Part shown: piece by piece, positions 54,367-63,707 of the stretch
Layout: every line of letters starts with the position of its first letter
Position numbering within the stretch: position 1 is the stretch's first letter
From: Escherichia phage vB_EcoM_EP57
Direction: 5' to 3' (one strand)
DNA: 64,000 bases
Sequence record: OR544956
The notes under the pieces: model-generated
The model's input: only the letters and a program-made list of their open reading frames with translations
Told to the model about the DNA's origin: nothing
Database searches by the model: none
Translations under genes and position numbers: made by a program

Positions 54367-54372
54367 AACAAA

Positions 54373-54401
54373 GGCACCCAAGTGGGTGCCTTTTCTATTT
54401 T
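54373..54401. terminator. bidirectional rho-independent terminator between convergent blocks
   Basis: GGCACCC-AAGT-GGGTGCC flanked by T-rich tract on plus strand and TTTGTTTT on minus. Confidence 0.6.
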
Positions 54402-54435
54402 AGAGCGTCTCTGTTCGATTTAGGTGGGTTCTAGC

Positions 54436-54666
54436 TTACTTGTGTAGTGCTCTCTCGTATAACTCAATGATCAATTCATCCTCTACTGTAATACGCGCCA
54501 TTTGATCCGTCTTAAGTATTGTTGGTTGGTAGTGGTGCATTTCACTATTGATAATACAATCCCATTCGTCATAACCTAAATACTCTCCTACATGGACCTT
54601 AACCATAAAGGGAAACGGGTTATCTACCAAAAATGCCATACAACCTTCTTCGATTTTATTTAACAC
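54436..54666 (-). CDS. hypothetical protein
   Basis: 76-aa ORF. Confidence 0.3.
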   Translation of the reverse strand: MLNKIEEGCMAFLVDNPFPFMVKVHVGEYLGYDEWDCIINSEMHHYQPTILKTDQMARITVEDELIIELYERALHK

Positions 54667-54692
54667 ACGACCTCCTATTGCTACAGATATGA

Positions 54693-54718
54693 AAAAACCC
54701 GCCGAAGCGGGTTCTATT
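54693..54718 (-). terminator. rho-independent terminator
   Basis: minus strand CCCGC-TTCG-GCGGG followed by TTTTTT. Confidence 0.5.
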
Positions 54719-54757
54719 GCTACGATAGGATCACTATCCTATAGTATTGTTTCTGTG

Positions 54758-55039
54758 TCAAGCCTTAGCGTAGAAAAACTTCTCATATTCAGCTTTTGTT
54801 ACGATTGTGGGGCAACCTTTTGTTCCATCCTCGATAACAGGGGCTTCTACCATTCTGGTGTTGAATAAGCAATAAGTTCCACGCATGTAAATACCCAGTT
54901 TTGTTTCTACGATGTGCTCTTTACTTACGCTTGAAAACTTAATCTCACCATCGGAGTCTCTTATAGCAATAAGCGCATGTTCGGGCCAATCTTTTCCTTT
55001 TGCTCCTAAAGCATTATACAATTCTTGAACGAGTTCCAT
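54758..55039 (-). CDS. hypothetical protein
   Basis: 93-aa ORF. Confidence 0.35.
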   Translation of the reverse strand: MELVQELYNALGAKGKDWPEHALIAIRDSDGEIKFSSVSKEHIVETKLGIYMRGTYCLFNTRMVEAPVIEDGTKGCPTIVTKAEYEKFFYAKA

Positions 55040-55051
55040 ATGACCTCCTTA

Positions 55052-55226
55052 TTAAATAACAAATTTTTCTTCTTCTGGCTTATCGTAATCTGGAGAATAA
55101 ACATGTGCGGGATTAAAACCTTTAAAATTTCCGCGACCTTTACGTGGACAGTTGAATGTGCGAGCTTGATGATCCCCAAAAGATTTCCCACAATGCATAC
55201 ATTTAAAATCAGTGCGTTTAGTCATG
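55052..55226 (-). CDS. small zinc-ribbon protein
   Basis: ATG at 55226 after AAGGAGA; CMHCGK...CPRKG. Confidence 0.4.
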
Positions 55227-55388
55227 CCATATCTCCTTTTAAAAGGCTGCACCTATTGAAGATGCAGCTTTGATAGATTATTTAGATGAGTCTAAAATGT
55301 CTTTTACTTTTGCCGTGATAACGTCTTGATATTTGTTAATAAGATAGCCTACAACTACACCTACGATAAATGAAACCATTATTTCTCC

Positions 55389-55997
55389 TTATTTAAGTGG
55401 TGAGAGAACAATCTCTCGGTTTTTTAAGAACCAAAGCATGTCATCTTGATCATAGTCTGATCCCTCTGTAGTAGAATTTTTGATAGAATCAAAAAACCAA
55501 CGAGGTATACCAAAACAACTTCCAGATGACTGCATGTCTTTCTGCGACATTTTAAATGTGATTGGAAAATCACAATTATCAATCTCTCGGATATCTGCTG
55601 AAGATAAGATTGTAACTTCAACCAGTTCGTCGTTAGATGTAGTATCGTTGTCTTCCTGAATAATGTCAAATGCTTTTTGCACATCTTTTGCATCTAATGT
55701 TAAACCTGTGGCTTTCTGAAAAGCCGAAACAAAAATTAGAGCTTCTTCAGAGCAAGGGGCTTCCAGCAAATGAGCCATAATAGGTGACAAGCAAATGTTA
55801 AGATCTTTGTCATACCAACGAACAATCCACACAGGCGTTGCTCCGTTTTGTTTGTCACGAGCCAAAATTGTAACGTGCTGACCTTCTTCTGGTATATGAT
55901 ACAAACCAGAAAAACCAGGACCTGTAGTAGATTTTTTGACACGCGCTACGTGTCCAACTTCTAAAGGATCTTTACCATCCCAAATCTTCTCTTCCAT
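55389..55997 (-). CDS. hypothetical protein
   Basis: 202-aa ORF. Confidence 0.4.
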   Translation of the reverse strand: MEEKIWDGKDPLEVGHVARVKKSTTGPGFSGLYHIPEEGQHVTILARDKQNGATPVWIVRWYDKDLNICLSPIMAHLLEAPCSEEALIFVSAFQKATGLTLDAKDVQKAFDIIQEDNDTTSNDELVEVTILSSADIREIDNCDFPITFKMSQKDMQSSGSCFGIPRWFFDSIKNSTTEGSDYDQDDMLWFLKNREIVLSPLK

Positions 55998-56005
55998 ATA
56001 ACCTC

Positions 56006-56269
56006 CTAAATAACATCTTTGAAATAGTGAATCACTTCAATATTATGGTACAAAGTGCTTCGCTCTTTTGTGTACTCTGTTTTAGTAACAAACACTTTTG
56101 CAATACCGTACTTATGCGCTGGTAGGTTTGGATTGGTTTGCATAATTTCTTTCACTACACTTATAGTTTCGTGCTCGGATTCCCAATAAGTGAAGTAACC
56201 CTCACTATCAACGATTAAAGACTCGTTTTCAAGATCTACAAAACAGAAAAATATTGACGGATGGCTCAT
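56006..56269 (-). CDS. hypothetical protein
   Basis: 87-aa ORF. Confidence 0.35.
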   Translation of the reverse strand: MSHPSIFFCFVDLENESLIVDSEGYFTYWESEHETISVVKEIMQTNPNLPAHKYGIAKVFVTKTEYTKERSTLYHNIEVIHYFKDVI

Positions 56270-56271
56270 TC

Positions 56272-56439
56272 TTTTTCTTCAACCTTCCTCAAAGCTTTTT
56301 GATCGAATATAGCGTGTTGCAACTCCCCGTTTTCATCAAACCAAGTTACTTTACAAGATTCACCATAACTTTCTATTACTGTCATTTGTTTGTTTGCACC
56401 TTTAAGACAAACCACATCACCTACTTGCATCATGATTGA
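56272..56439 (-). CDS. small YodC/DUF2158-like protein (55 aa, below the track cutoff)
   Basis: MMQVGDVVCLKGANKQMTV... matches the GDxVxLKSGGPxMTV pattern. Confidence 0.4.
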
Positions 56440-56861
56440 GTTCCTTTTTGTTTTTCAATAGCTGCACGAATTTCTGCTAAAGGCTCTGCTACCAGATCTT
56501 CAACTTCTTGGATTTGTTCATTCATTACGTCACGAACCATTTGAATCCGCTCTTCAAGGGAGACAGCAAGTTCATCTGCATAAGCCATATTAAGAACGTG
56601 GTAGAAATTTTCTTGTGCACTTAAAGCACCAGATAACAAATAATCCTGATCTTCCTCTGGTAAAAGCATGTGTTGCTCATATTCAGCAAAAGTGTTTTTG
56701 TTAATCTCAAGCAAAGCACCCATCATAACATCATACTGATAATCTTTATGACCAGGATTGTTTAAAACAACATCTTCAAAAATATTAAGAAGAATCTTAG
56801 TAACAAATGCTTCCATCTGACGGATTACCGTGATTACTTCTCTTTCTTTAGCGTTTTGGCT
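56430..56861 (-). CDS. hypothetical acidic protein
   Basis: likely start ATG at 56861 after AGGAG (track start further upstream). Confidence 0.35.
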   Translation of the reverse strand, partial: SQNAKEREVITVIRQMEAFVTKILLNIFEDVVLNNPGHKDYQYDVMMGALLEINKNTFAEYEQHMLLPEEDQDYLLSGALSAQENFYHVLNMAYADELAVSLEERIQMVRDVMNEQIQEVEDLVAEPLAEIRAAIEKQKGTQS

Positions 56862-57021
56862 CATAGTATTTCTCCTCTGACTCTGTTTGGATATAACCCG
56901 TGGTTTTGCACATCCGCCATAACATACCCTGAACCACCACAATAGGGGCAAGGCATAGGAGGACAAGGTATGGACGTAGTAATTGTTACAACATCATCAA
57001 TTGCTAACATTTTCGCCATTA

Positions 57022-57270
57022 TTACCACTCCGCTATTAATGTCAGACCAAGTGCATCGTTAAAACGCTCAACATTTGAATATAGGTATGGAGGGGTTATT
57101 TGCTCTAAAATTTGTGCTGCTTCCACTTGGTGCTCTATGTTTTGAGAAGTTCGGGCATAAACTAAGACACCCATTTTATTCAAAATAAAAACAGAATCAG
57201 ACCCATCCAGCTTATCAACGGCTGCATACATTTTAGTCATATCTTCTCCTGGATTACCATTCAGCAACAA
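57022..57270 (-). CDS. hypothetical protein
   Basis: 82-aa ORF. Confidence 0.3.
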   Translation of the reverse strand: MLLNGNPGEDMTKMYAAVDKLDGSDSVFILNKMGVLVYARTSQNIEHQVEAAQILEQITPPYLYSNVERFNDALGLTLIAEW

Positions 57271-57469
57271 GACTAGGATTCATAGCAAAAGCTTTGAAAG
57301 TTGTTATATCATGACTAACATTAAAACTAACACCTTTTACTTTCTCTAGTATTTGAACTTTCGTCTCTCCGTCCCACGGTAGGATGATAACACCATCTTC
57401 TGTGATCAACCACCAATGGTTCTCTCCATCTCGTGAATCTTTTGCTTTGTATAGAAAATTGGAACTCAT
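57254..57469 (-). CDS. hypothetical protein
   Basis: 71-aa ORF with AGGAGG RBS and upstream promoter. Confidence 0.4.
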   Translation of the reverse strand: MSSNFLYKAKDSRDGENHWWLITEDGVIILPWDGETKVQILEKVKGVSFNVSHDITTFKAFAMNPSLVAEW

Positions 57470-57496
57470 TCTTCCTCCTGTTCGGTATTATTCACT

Positions 57497-57526
57497 TGTG
57501 AGACACAATGTAACACAAGCTTTGTG
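57497..57526 (-). promoter_or_regulatory. sigma70-like promoter
   Basis: minus strand TTGACA - 18 nt - TACATT. Confidence 0.4.
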
Positions 57527-57573
57527 AGTTTGTCAAGGATCTAATTACATTCTACAGAAGAAGAGGGTTAATA

Positions 57574-57661
57574 ACTATAGGAATAGTCTTACTATAGGTG
57601 CAATACTAGTTAAGAGTTAGATTGATAGGTAAGACTTATCTTAAACAGATAATTGATAGGT
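57574..57661. repeat. paired direct repeats in an intergenic region (ACTATAGG x2, ATTGATAGGT x2)
   Basis: ACTATAGG at 57574 and 57591; ATTGATAGGT at 57621 and 57652. Confidence 0.45.
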
Positions 57662-57829
57662 GAATCAGCATTGACTTTTTCAAAAAAATATGGTACCCTA
57701 AACATATGTTTACGAGCGATAGCGAGTAGTAGATTTCTATATAATAATGTTTCATGTTACTCACGATAGTGAGGTATGAAACGTAAGTGAAGGTAGATAA
57801 ACTATGATCATCTATCTACCATCTATTAA

Positions 57830-58039
57830 TCAATATAGATCTAATGTTAGACTAACAGTTATCCAACAAACAATAGCAGTCCATATAACAAGTAATGATC
57901 TACAAACTACATCCCATTCAAATACATTGTATGTTAACCATTCTCCCATCACAACAGAAGAACCCAACCAACATCCAACAATAACTATAATCCAATAAAA
58001 GAATCCTACAGTAGAGTATACAGCAAAAGCTTTTAACAT
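57830..58039 (-). CDS. small membrane protein
   Basis: 69 aa, two hydrophobic segments. Confidence 0.3.
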   Translation of the reverse strand: MLKAFAVYSTVGFFYWIIVIVGCWLGSSVVMGEWLTYNVFEWDVVCRSLLVIWTAIVCWITVSLTLDLY

Positions 58040-58452
58040 CTTTCCTCCAGAAGTTGTTCAACAGTTTGACGAGTATGATTGTCCCAGTAAACCTTAGTGA
58101 AGTCAAGAGTTCCTTGTTCGTTTCTCTTAGTTTCGAAGAAGTATCCGCCTTCTCTTTCTACTCTGTCTCTAATGTGCTCTATGAGGTGCTTTTTACAAGA
58201 TGCTGATAAACAATAGTCATACTCCCCACGAAGCAATGCTATAGCTGCAAGTCTGTTATCACCAACTTGAGATATTGTCCAAGAAAGCATACTACCTTCT
58301 ATACCTAAAGGTGTTTGTCGAATGGAATATCCACCATGCCGACTGATAGAAATTATGGCAAGTGGTTCTCCTGTTAGAGATCTTCCTAATGCACCTTCTG
58401 TTGGACTTCCTTCAACAATACGTTTGAAAAAAGCTTTGATCTTACCTAACAT
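58033..58452 (-). CDS. hypothetical protein
   Basis: 139-aa ORF. Confidence 0.35.
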   Translation of the reverse strand: MLGKIKAFFKRIVEGSPTEGALGRSLTGEPLAIISISRHGGYSIRQTPLGIEGSMLSWTISQVGDNRLAAIALLRGEYDYCLSASCKKHLIEHIRDRVEREGGYFFETKRNEQGTLDFTKVYWDNHTRQTVEQLLEERC

Positions 58453-58596
58453 AAGTCCCCCTTAAAAACTTACTTGTTTAAAGTATCTCTTACTTGTTCT
58501 GCTTGACGTTTAGTAATAAAAGTCCCAACCGAAACGTTAAATTCATTGACTACAGAGAACGATCCATCACGATTCTCACGAATATTAAACAATTTC

Positions 58597-58800
58597 TTAC
58601 TCATTTCTACCTCCTTCAATGCTTTGTGCCGTACCATCCCAAGCCATTAGAATATTTGCCAATAGCTCACGAGGCTCTTTAAACCAAACTTCCATTTCAT
58701 CAAGGATCTCGTCCGTGTCGTAAGTATAACCTGGAACACCAAGTTCACATTTCTTAAGATAGCTTTCTAACCAGCGGTGATAATTCTTAACCCCATTCAT
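58597..58800 (-). CDS. hypothetical protein
   Basis: 67-aa ORF. Confidence 0.3.
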   Translation of the reverse strand: MNGVKNYHRWLESYLKKCELGVPGYTYDTDEILDEMEVWFKEPRELLANILMAWDGTAQSIEGGRNE

Positions 58801-59173
58801 ACTGTGCTACCTTTTCTTTTACCCAATCTACACGATCTTTATCATAATGTTGAGTGCCAAGGAAAAGACCATTGTGGAAACTTTCCTCACCGAAAGGATA
58901 AATTGGATCTAAACCATCTTCTTCAAACAACATTTTTAATCTGTTTGATGTAGATTTCTTAGTTTCTGAATTGTAGTTTGTGGTTATAAGCCAATCTTCC
59001 AAACAACGACACAAGCCTTGACGAGAATCCCAAGGAAAAACACAATCTCCGACAGGAGCTTGTTCCGCCCATTTCAACCAACCTTTAAAAAAGTTATACA
59101 ATATGTAGTCTTCAGTGTAATACATTAGCGCCTCCTTTACATATACAATAACACCCCGCAGAACGGGGTGCAA
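58787..59173 (-). CDS. paralog family member A (DR[VI]xWV[KR] C-terminal motif)
   Basis: shares GLC core and C-terminal DRVDWVKEKVAQ with 60065, 62948 and 63707 ORFs. Confidence 0.45.
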   Translation of the reverse strand: MHPVLRGVIVYVKEALMYYTEDYILYNFFKGWLKWAEQAPVGDCVFPWDSRQGLCRCLEDWLITTNYNSETKKSTSNRLKMLFEEDGLDPIYPFGEESFHNGLFLGTQHYDKDRVDWVKEKVAQYEWG

Positions 59174-59176
59174 CTG

Positions 59177-59788
59177 TTATTTAATCTGTTTGAAAATTTC
59201 GTTTGGAACAGTACCGTTTAAAATACCTTCTACGATCTCCTGTGCAGACGTGTAAGAGAGTCCAAAAGAAGCTACGCCTAAAATTGCCTCCTTCAAAGGA
59301 TCTGGCAGGGGTTCAAAGTTACCTGCAACAAAGCCACCTGCACAAGCAGCGCCTTCATCATCCCAGAAAACAACTGCTACATCGTTACCATGCGAAGTCG
59401 TGCGATGTGCAATAACTTCAACTTCGGTGCCTTCTTTAGGAACAGAATAAGAACTGTCCCAAGAATATCTTTCCAAATCAGGAACAAAGATAACCTTTTC
59501 ACCTACTGGCGGCAGTTCACAACGATAATACCAAGAATTTTTTTCGTTCATTGTTTTATTTTCCTCCACGTCTTCAAAAGTAACGATCCAATCGTAGCCG
59601 TAAGAAAACGGATATTTTAGATCTAAAGAATAAGTTTGACCCAGATCGTCCTCAACAAGAACCATCCTATCAAAGTTTGCGATGTTAGGATTATGTTTAA
59701 TGACAGGGTATGTTTCCCCTACAGTAAATTGTCCCAAATGGTAAAGTTCATCTCTCCAAGTAATTTGGATATGAGTGCATTGAATCAT
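59177..59788 (-). CDS. hypothetical protein
   Basis: 203-aa ORF. Confidence 0.4.
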   Translation of the reverse strand: MIQCTHIQITWRDELYHLGQFTVGETYPVIKHNPNIANFDRMVLVEDDLGQTYSLDLKYPFSYGYDWIVTFEDVEENKTMNEKNSWYYRCELPPVGEKVIFVPDLERYSWDSSYSVPKEGTEVEVIAHRTTSHGNDVAVVFWDDEGAACAGGFVAGNFEPLPDPLKEAILGVASFGLSYTSAQEIVEGILNGTVPNEIFKQIK

Positions 59789-59792
59789 AAAA

Positions 59793-60065
59793 TCACCCCC
59801 AAGAAATATTTATATATCTTACAATGTTTGCACTGTCTAAAGCCATGTTTGCACCACACCCACGCTCGCGCCAGTAACTAACAATACCTTCACAGATACT
59901 CTCTTGTATCTTCTTATCACTTGGCATTTCTAGTATAAGACTTGGGTTATGGATGTTTATGTTATAATATCCTTCCTCTGCGGCTTGAGCTACCAATTTA
60001 CTTACTTTTTCAAAGTACGGGGAATTAGTGGCATCTGCTATTGTTTTTAAGGTTTGTCTATCCAT
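59793..60065 (-). CDS. hypothetical protein
   Basis: 90-aa ORF. Confidence 0.3.
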   Translation of the reverse strand: MDRQTLKTIADATNSPYFEKVSKLVAQAAEEGYYNINIHNPSLILEMPSDKKIQESICEGIVSYWRERGCGANMALDSANIVRYINISWG

Positions 60066-60463
60066 TATTCTGCCTCATCATAGAAGAAATCCAACTCTTG
60101 TTCCAGTTGTTTAACTCGATCCTTAACCCACTGTACACGTTTTTCATTAAACATGCAACGTTTTTCCTTACACTCTTGCTCAAAAGATTTTGCTGTGTTA
60201 AATGGGAAAGTTGTATCTAAGCCAGCGTTTTCAAAACTGGCTAATTGCATACCATAAACAGAATATGCTAAAGAATGCTCGGCCCGAAATTCATCACTTA
60301 TATACATACGTAGACCTCGGCATAAGCCAACATCAGCGTAACCACTTTCTCTTGGAAAGAGACGGAGGTGTTCTAACCAATTATTATAAAAATCTAAAAG
60401 AATCCTCTTACACTTCAAATCGATTGTCATAAAAAGTTTCTCCTTCATCGAACAAGTTGGCAA
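60065..60463 (-). CDS. paralog family member B
   Basis: C-terminal KRVQWVKDRVKQ and GLCRGL core. Confidence 0.45.
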   Translation of the reverse strand: MPTCSMKEKLFMTIDLKCKRILLDFYNNWLEHLRLFPRESGYADVGLCRGLRMYISDEFRAEHSLAYSVYGMQLASFENAGLDTTFPFNTAKSFEQECKEKRCMFNEKRVQWVKDRVKQLEQELDFFYDEAE

Positions 60464-60749
60464 GATTGTTCACGGCAATCTGGGTGGAAAGAAGACAACT
60501 GTTTGCAGACACATAAGCACGAGCTATTTTGTAAACATAAACTTTCGTATTACAATTGTCTAGGATCGGAAGACTTTCGTCGATAGCATCTATAACACTA
60601 AACATCACATCTAAAACTTTAATGGTGAGTGTTGTATTTGTATCTTCGTAACCTTTTTCAATCCGACCTGAATAGAAAGCATAGTCCTCAACAGTTCGTC
60701 GTTTAAACTGGCGCATAAAATCGGAACCATCTGTAGCAGAATTGAACAA
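60408..60749 (-). CDS. hypothetical protein
   Basis: 113-aa ORF. Confidence 0.3.
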   Translation of the reverse strand: MFNSATDGSDFMRQFKRRTVEDYAFYSGRIEKGYEDTNTTLTIKVLDVMFSVIDAIDESLPILDNCNTKVYVYKIARAYVSANSCLLSTQIAVNNLANLFDEGETFYDNRFEV

Positions 60750-60837
60750 ATTTTCAAAAAATACGTCCCATCCGGCAAAAGGGCTGACAGCATGATTAAG
60801 TGATCTACAGATTCATTTTCTTGTTTCATATCCTCTC

Positions 60838-61515
60838 CTATTTAATGTTCAGTCTGGCACACAAACGGGAAACAGTTTTAGCATCCCATTTACCACCACG
60901 TGCTGTTGCTATTTTCTTACTATTGAATTTTTCAGCAATAGTTTTGTAAGGTGTATTTAAATCTCTAAGGATCTCCAAGCGTTCACGGAATGTCTCTGCA
61001 AAAGCGTCTGCTTTAACAGAATTGTATTCCATTTTTCCTTTTCTACGTGCAGCGGCAGTTTTAGGATTAGCACTGCCTAATAAAACACCTTTACTTTTTG
61101 CTACAGCAAGACCCTTTTTAATACGATCAGCAATACCTCTAACTTCTTGTTCAGCCAGAACAGACAGAAGCTGTATAACCATTTTATCTGCGTCTGGCAT
61201 AATGGCTATCTTAACATCGATCATTTCTAGAAGAGTTGCTACGGAGGCGTTGTTACGACCCAAGCGGTCAACTTTAGCTACCAATAAAGTTGCTCCGGTA
61301 GCTTTACACATTTCAACCGCTTTAACCAGTTCCTTACGTTGCTTCCAATCGCCCTTACCCGAATAGTATTCAGAAAATTGACCAATAACTTCCGCATCAG
61401 GCACAGAGTCTAAGAAGTAACGGATATCATTCTCTTGGCTCTCCATACCATATTGTGCCTCACCTTTTTTCTGTTTAGAAAGACGACTGTAAACAACAAA
61501 CTTTTTCATAACCAC
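60838..61515 (-). CDS. serine recombinase (resolvase/invertase family)
   Basis: N-terminal VYSRLS (catalytic Ser region), LLVAKVDRLGRN, LSVLAEQEVRGIADRIKKGL; 225 aa. Confidence 0.7.
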   Translation of the reverse strand: MVMKKFVVYSRLSKQKKGEAQYGMESQENDIRYFLDSVPDAEVIGQFSEYYSGKGDWKQRKELVKAVEMCKATGATLLVAKVDRLGRNNASVATLLEMIDVKIAIMPDADKMVIQLLSVLAEQEVRGIADRIKKGLAVAKSKGVLLGSANPKTAAARRKGKMEYNSVKADAFAETFRERLEILRDLNTPYKTIAEKFNSKKIATARGGKWDAKTVSRLCARLNIK

Positions 61516-61579
61516 TCCTAAACTATTGCTGTATTCTCACTTTACAAAACGAATAAACACTTGTCAAGGTATTTATTAT

Positions 61580-61792
61580 TTACAGCCATTCTACTCTTAA
61601 GCAGTATTCCTCGACATGTTGTTTACGCTTGTTTTTGTCTATGTAAGTGTATTCAACAAATGTCCCAAGATAGTCCTTGTCTACATTGTGTGGGCTATTG
61701 ATTGGACATTTAGTACGACAAACCCGTTGCCACTGACGAAGAATTACGGCTTTGTTTTTAGGATCAAAGGGATGAGGGTAATGTACCTTCAT
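61580..61792 (-). CDS. hypothetical small protein
   Basis: 70-aa ORF. Confidence 0.3.
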   Translation of the reverse strand: MKVHYPHPFDPKNKAVILRQWQRVCRTKCPINSPHNVDKDYLGTFVEYTYIDKNKRKQHVEEYCLRVEWL

Positions 61793-62116
61793 TCACGCCT
61801 CCTGTTTTAGTCGAAAAATATTTTGAATAACTAGAGATGTATAGTTATCACCTAGTCCCATAAGTTCTACTTCCAAGTTTCGAATATCCTCCACCGTAGG
61901 AGGATATGTTGGTAAAAATGCTTGAGCATTACCAGATCCAACTTCATTGCTGTAAGCAGTTGTAAAATTGTAAGATACAAAACATGAAACACCTTTTTGT
62001 CGGTACCCGATTAATCGACGAATACACCAGATAAGAGCCAAACCTATGAGAACACCTCCTAAACCAGCTAACAAGAAGGATAAGTTCATAATAGCTTCGT
62101 TAACAACTGCTTCCAT
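61793..62116 (-). CDS. membrane protein (one predicted TM helix)
   Basis: LSFLLAGLGGVLIGLALIWCI hydrophobic segment. Confidence 0.35.
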   Translation of the reverse strand: MEAVVNEAIMNLSFLLAGLGGVLIGLALIWCIRRLIGYRQKGVSCFVSYNFTTAYSNEVGSGNAQAFLPTYPPTVEDIRNLEVELMGLGDNYTSLVIQNIFRLKQEA

Positions 62117-62126
62117 TCTTTTCTCC

Positions 62127-62426
62127 TTAGTTATGTAAACCCAAATGTGCTACAACTTCTCTACGATAAGACAACTGCATAGCGATTTTATAGCCAGGAT
62201 GAAAACCATTTACATCAATGTCATCAAACCAAATCTCAAACGAACCGTGCTTAAGAGTCATTAAGTTGATATACCATTCGATAATATAATGATCGTCAGC
62301 AATACCTTCGATGTAAAATTCTCGGCAACAGTGAGATAGGTCTTCACTCGTTTCACGTTTCCAGTCTTTGATAGCACCCTTCTCTTTGGCTTTATTCAGA
62401 ATCTGGATCAGGTCTTCAACTTGCAT
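62127..62426 (-). CDS. hypothetical protein
   Basis: 99-aa ORF. Confidence 0.35.
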   Translation of the reverse strand: MQVEDLIQILNKAKEKGAIKDWKRETSEDLSHCCREFYIEGIADDHYIIEWYINLMTLKHGSFEIWFDDIDVNGFHPGYKIAMQLSYRREVVAHLGLHN

Positions 62427-62479
62427 TTTCTCTCCTTTTGTGGTTAATCTTTATATTTTAAATATTGCACCGTTTTCTG

Positions 62480-62893
62480 TCAAATAGCCTCTTTCTCTAA
62501 AACAACTCTTTGGATCACAACATCTTCAATGTTTGCCAAACAATGACCCAAAGTCAATCCCGCCTTGAAAGGTGCTTGTAGCTTGGATTCGGCTTCTACG
62601 CGAACAGAATGTTCCGCTCCGCACATGGTGTAATCTACACGGTAAACGTTTAAACCTAAGAACATAGATTCTTCTTCTTCACAACAAGGATTGAGTTCAG
62701 CCCAGTCCCAAGCATCTCCTTCTAAAGCAAATGGAGTGTTGTAATTGAAGAAAGTGCAGCGCGGATATTCCCCGTTGAAAGAATCTTTCAGCAGAATATA
62801 TTTCTTACCGTTTGCATGGAAGAGTTCTCCTTTGATAACCTTACCTACAAGGATATCACTGTTAGTGGAACGGGTGCAAATAAACTTTTTCAT
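62480..62893 (-). CDS. hypothetical protein
   Basis: 137-aa ORF. Confidence 0.35.
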   Translation of the reverse strand: MKKFICTRSTNSDILVGKVIKGELFHANGKKYILLKDSFNGEYPRCTFFNYNTPFALEGDAWDWAELNPCCEEEESMFLGLNVYRVDYTMCGAEHSVRVEAESKLQAPFKAGLTLGHCLANIEDVVIQRVVLEKEAI

Positions 62894-62947
62894 GATTTTC
62901 TCCTCTTTGTTTCGATGAGATGATTATGACAAAGACAGATCCTTCTG

Positions 62948-63274
62948 TCAACTATTTATTTCTTCTGCTACACGTTCTTTTACCCAGTTCACACGATCCA
63001 CATTCAAATGACAACGGCTTTTTTCCGCTTCTAAGGTGTACTTTCCAAAATTACTGTTGAAAGGCAACACCATAACCAAATCTTTGTGGTAGAACTGCTC
63101 ATGCATTTCATCCAGTACGGGTTCGTATCGTTCGCTTTCACCCATATCGTAAAAATCATAGAGGTTCGAGCACAAACCTGTGCAACGGGTGAACGGTTCG
63201 CCTTCAGGAGCACCAGCTTCCAACCATGCCAAATACGTGCGGTAAAATGTTAATAGTTCTTCGCTCATTTCCAC
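62948..63274 (-). CDS. paralog family member C
   Basis: YLAWLEAGAPEGEPFTRCTGLCSNLYDFY and C-terminal HLNVDRVNWVKERVAEE. Confidence 0.45.
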   Translation of the reverse strand: MEMSEELLTFYRTYLAWLEAGAPEGEPFTRCTGLCSNLYDFYDMGESERYEPVLDEMHEQFYHKDLVMVLPFNSNFGKYTLEAEKSRCHLNVDRVNWVKERVAEEINS

Positions 63275-63483
63275 TCTCCTTCATGATAGTAAACCTCAAA
63301 AGAATAGTAAGTGAACATGCTCATTGTAACACCTGCCATTTCTGGATCAACGGAAGTGTTGTTATACATGTCAACTACTGCCTGACCCGCTGCTTTGGCA
63401 TGTGCTGCCGAATCACAAGCACAAACATCTTTCTCCCACGGAAACTTGCCATCATACTTAAGACGCACAATCCACATGATCAT
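63265..63483 (-). CDS. hypothetical protein
   Basis: 72-aa ORF. Confidence 0.3.
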   Translation of the reverse strand: MIMWIVRLKYDGKFPWEKDVCACDSAAHAKAAGQAVVDMYNNTSVDPEMAGVTMSMFTYYSFEVYYHEGEWK

Positions 63484-63707
63484 TCTTCCATCTCAAACCA
63501 TTCAGGGAACACTTTGCGGAAGACCCGCGTGTTTTCTAAGAGAAATTCCAACTCTTTTTCCAAATCTGCGTTCCAACCGTTTATTTTAACACGGATTGCC
63601 AATGCACTTGCACGGCGACTCAATTCTTGACAGATTGGATCACGCAGAACTATTGAGTCATAAAACTGACAAACAGCCTCAAGTTCATACCAGTTATAAT
63701 CCGACAT
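63480..63707 (-). CDS. hypothetical protein
   Basis: 75-aa ORF. Confidence 0.3.
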   Translation of the reverse strand: MSDYNWYELEAVCQFYDSIVLRDPICQELSRRASALAIRVKINGWNADLEKELEFLLENTRVFRKVFPEWFEMEE

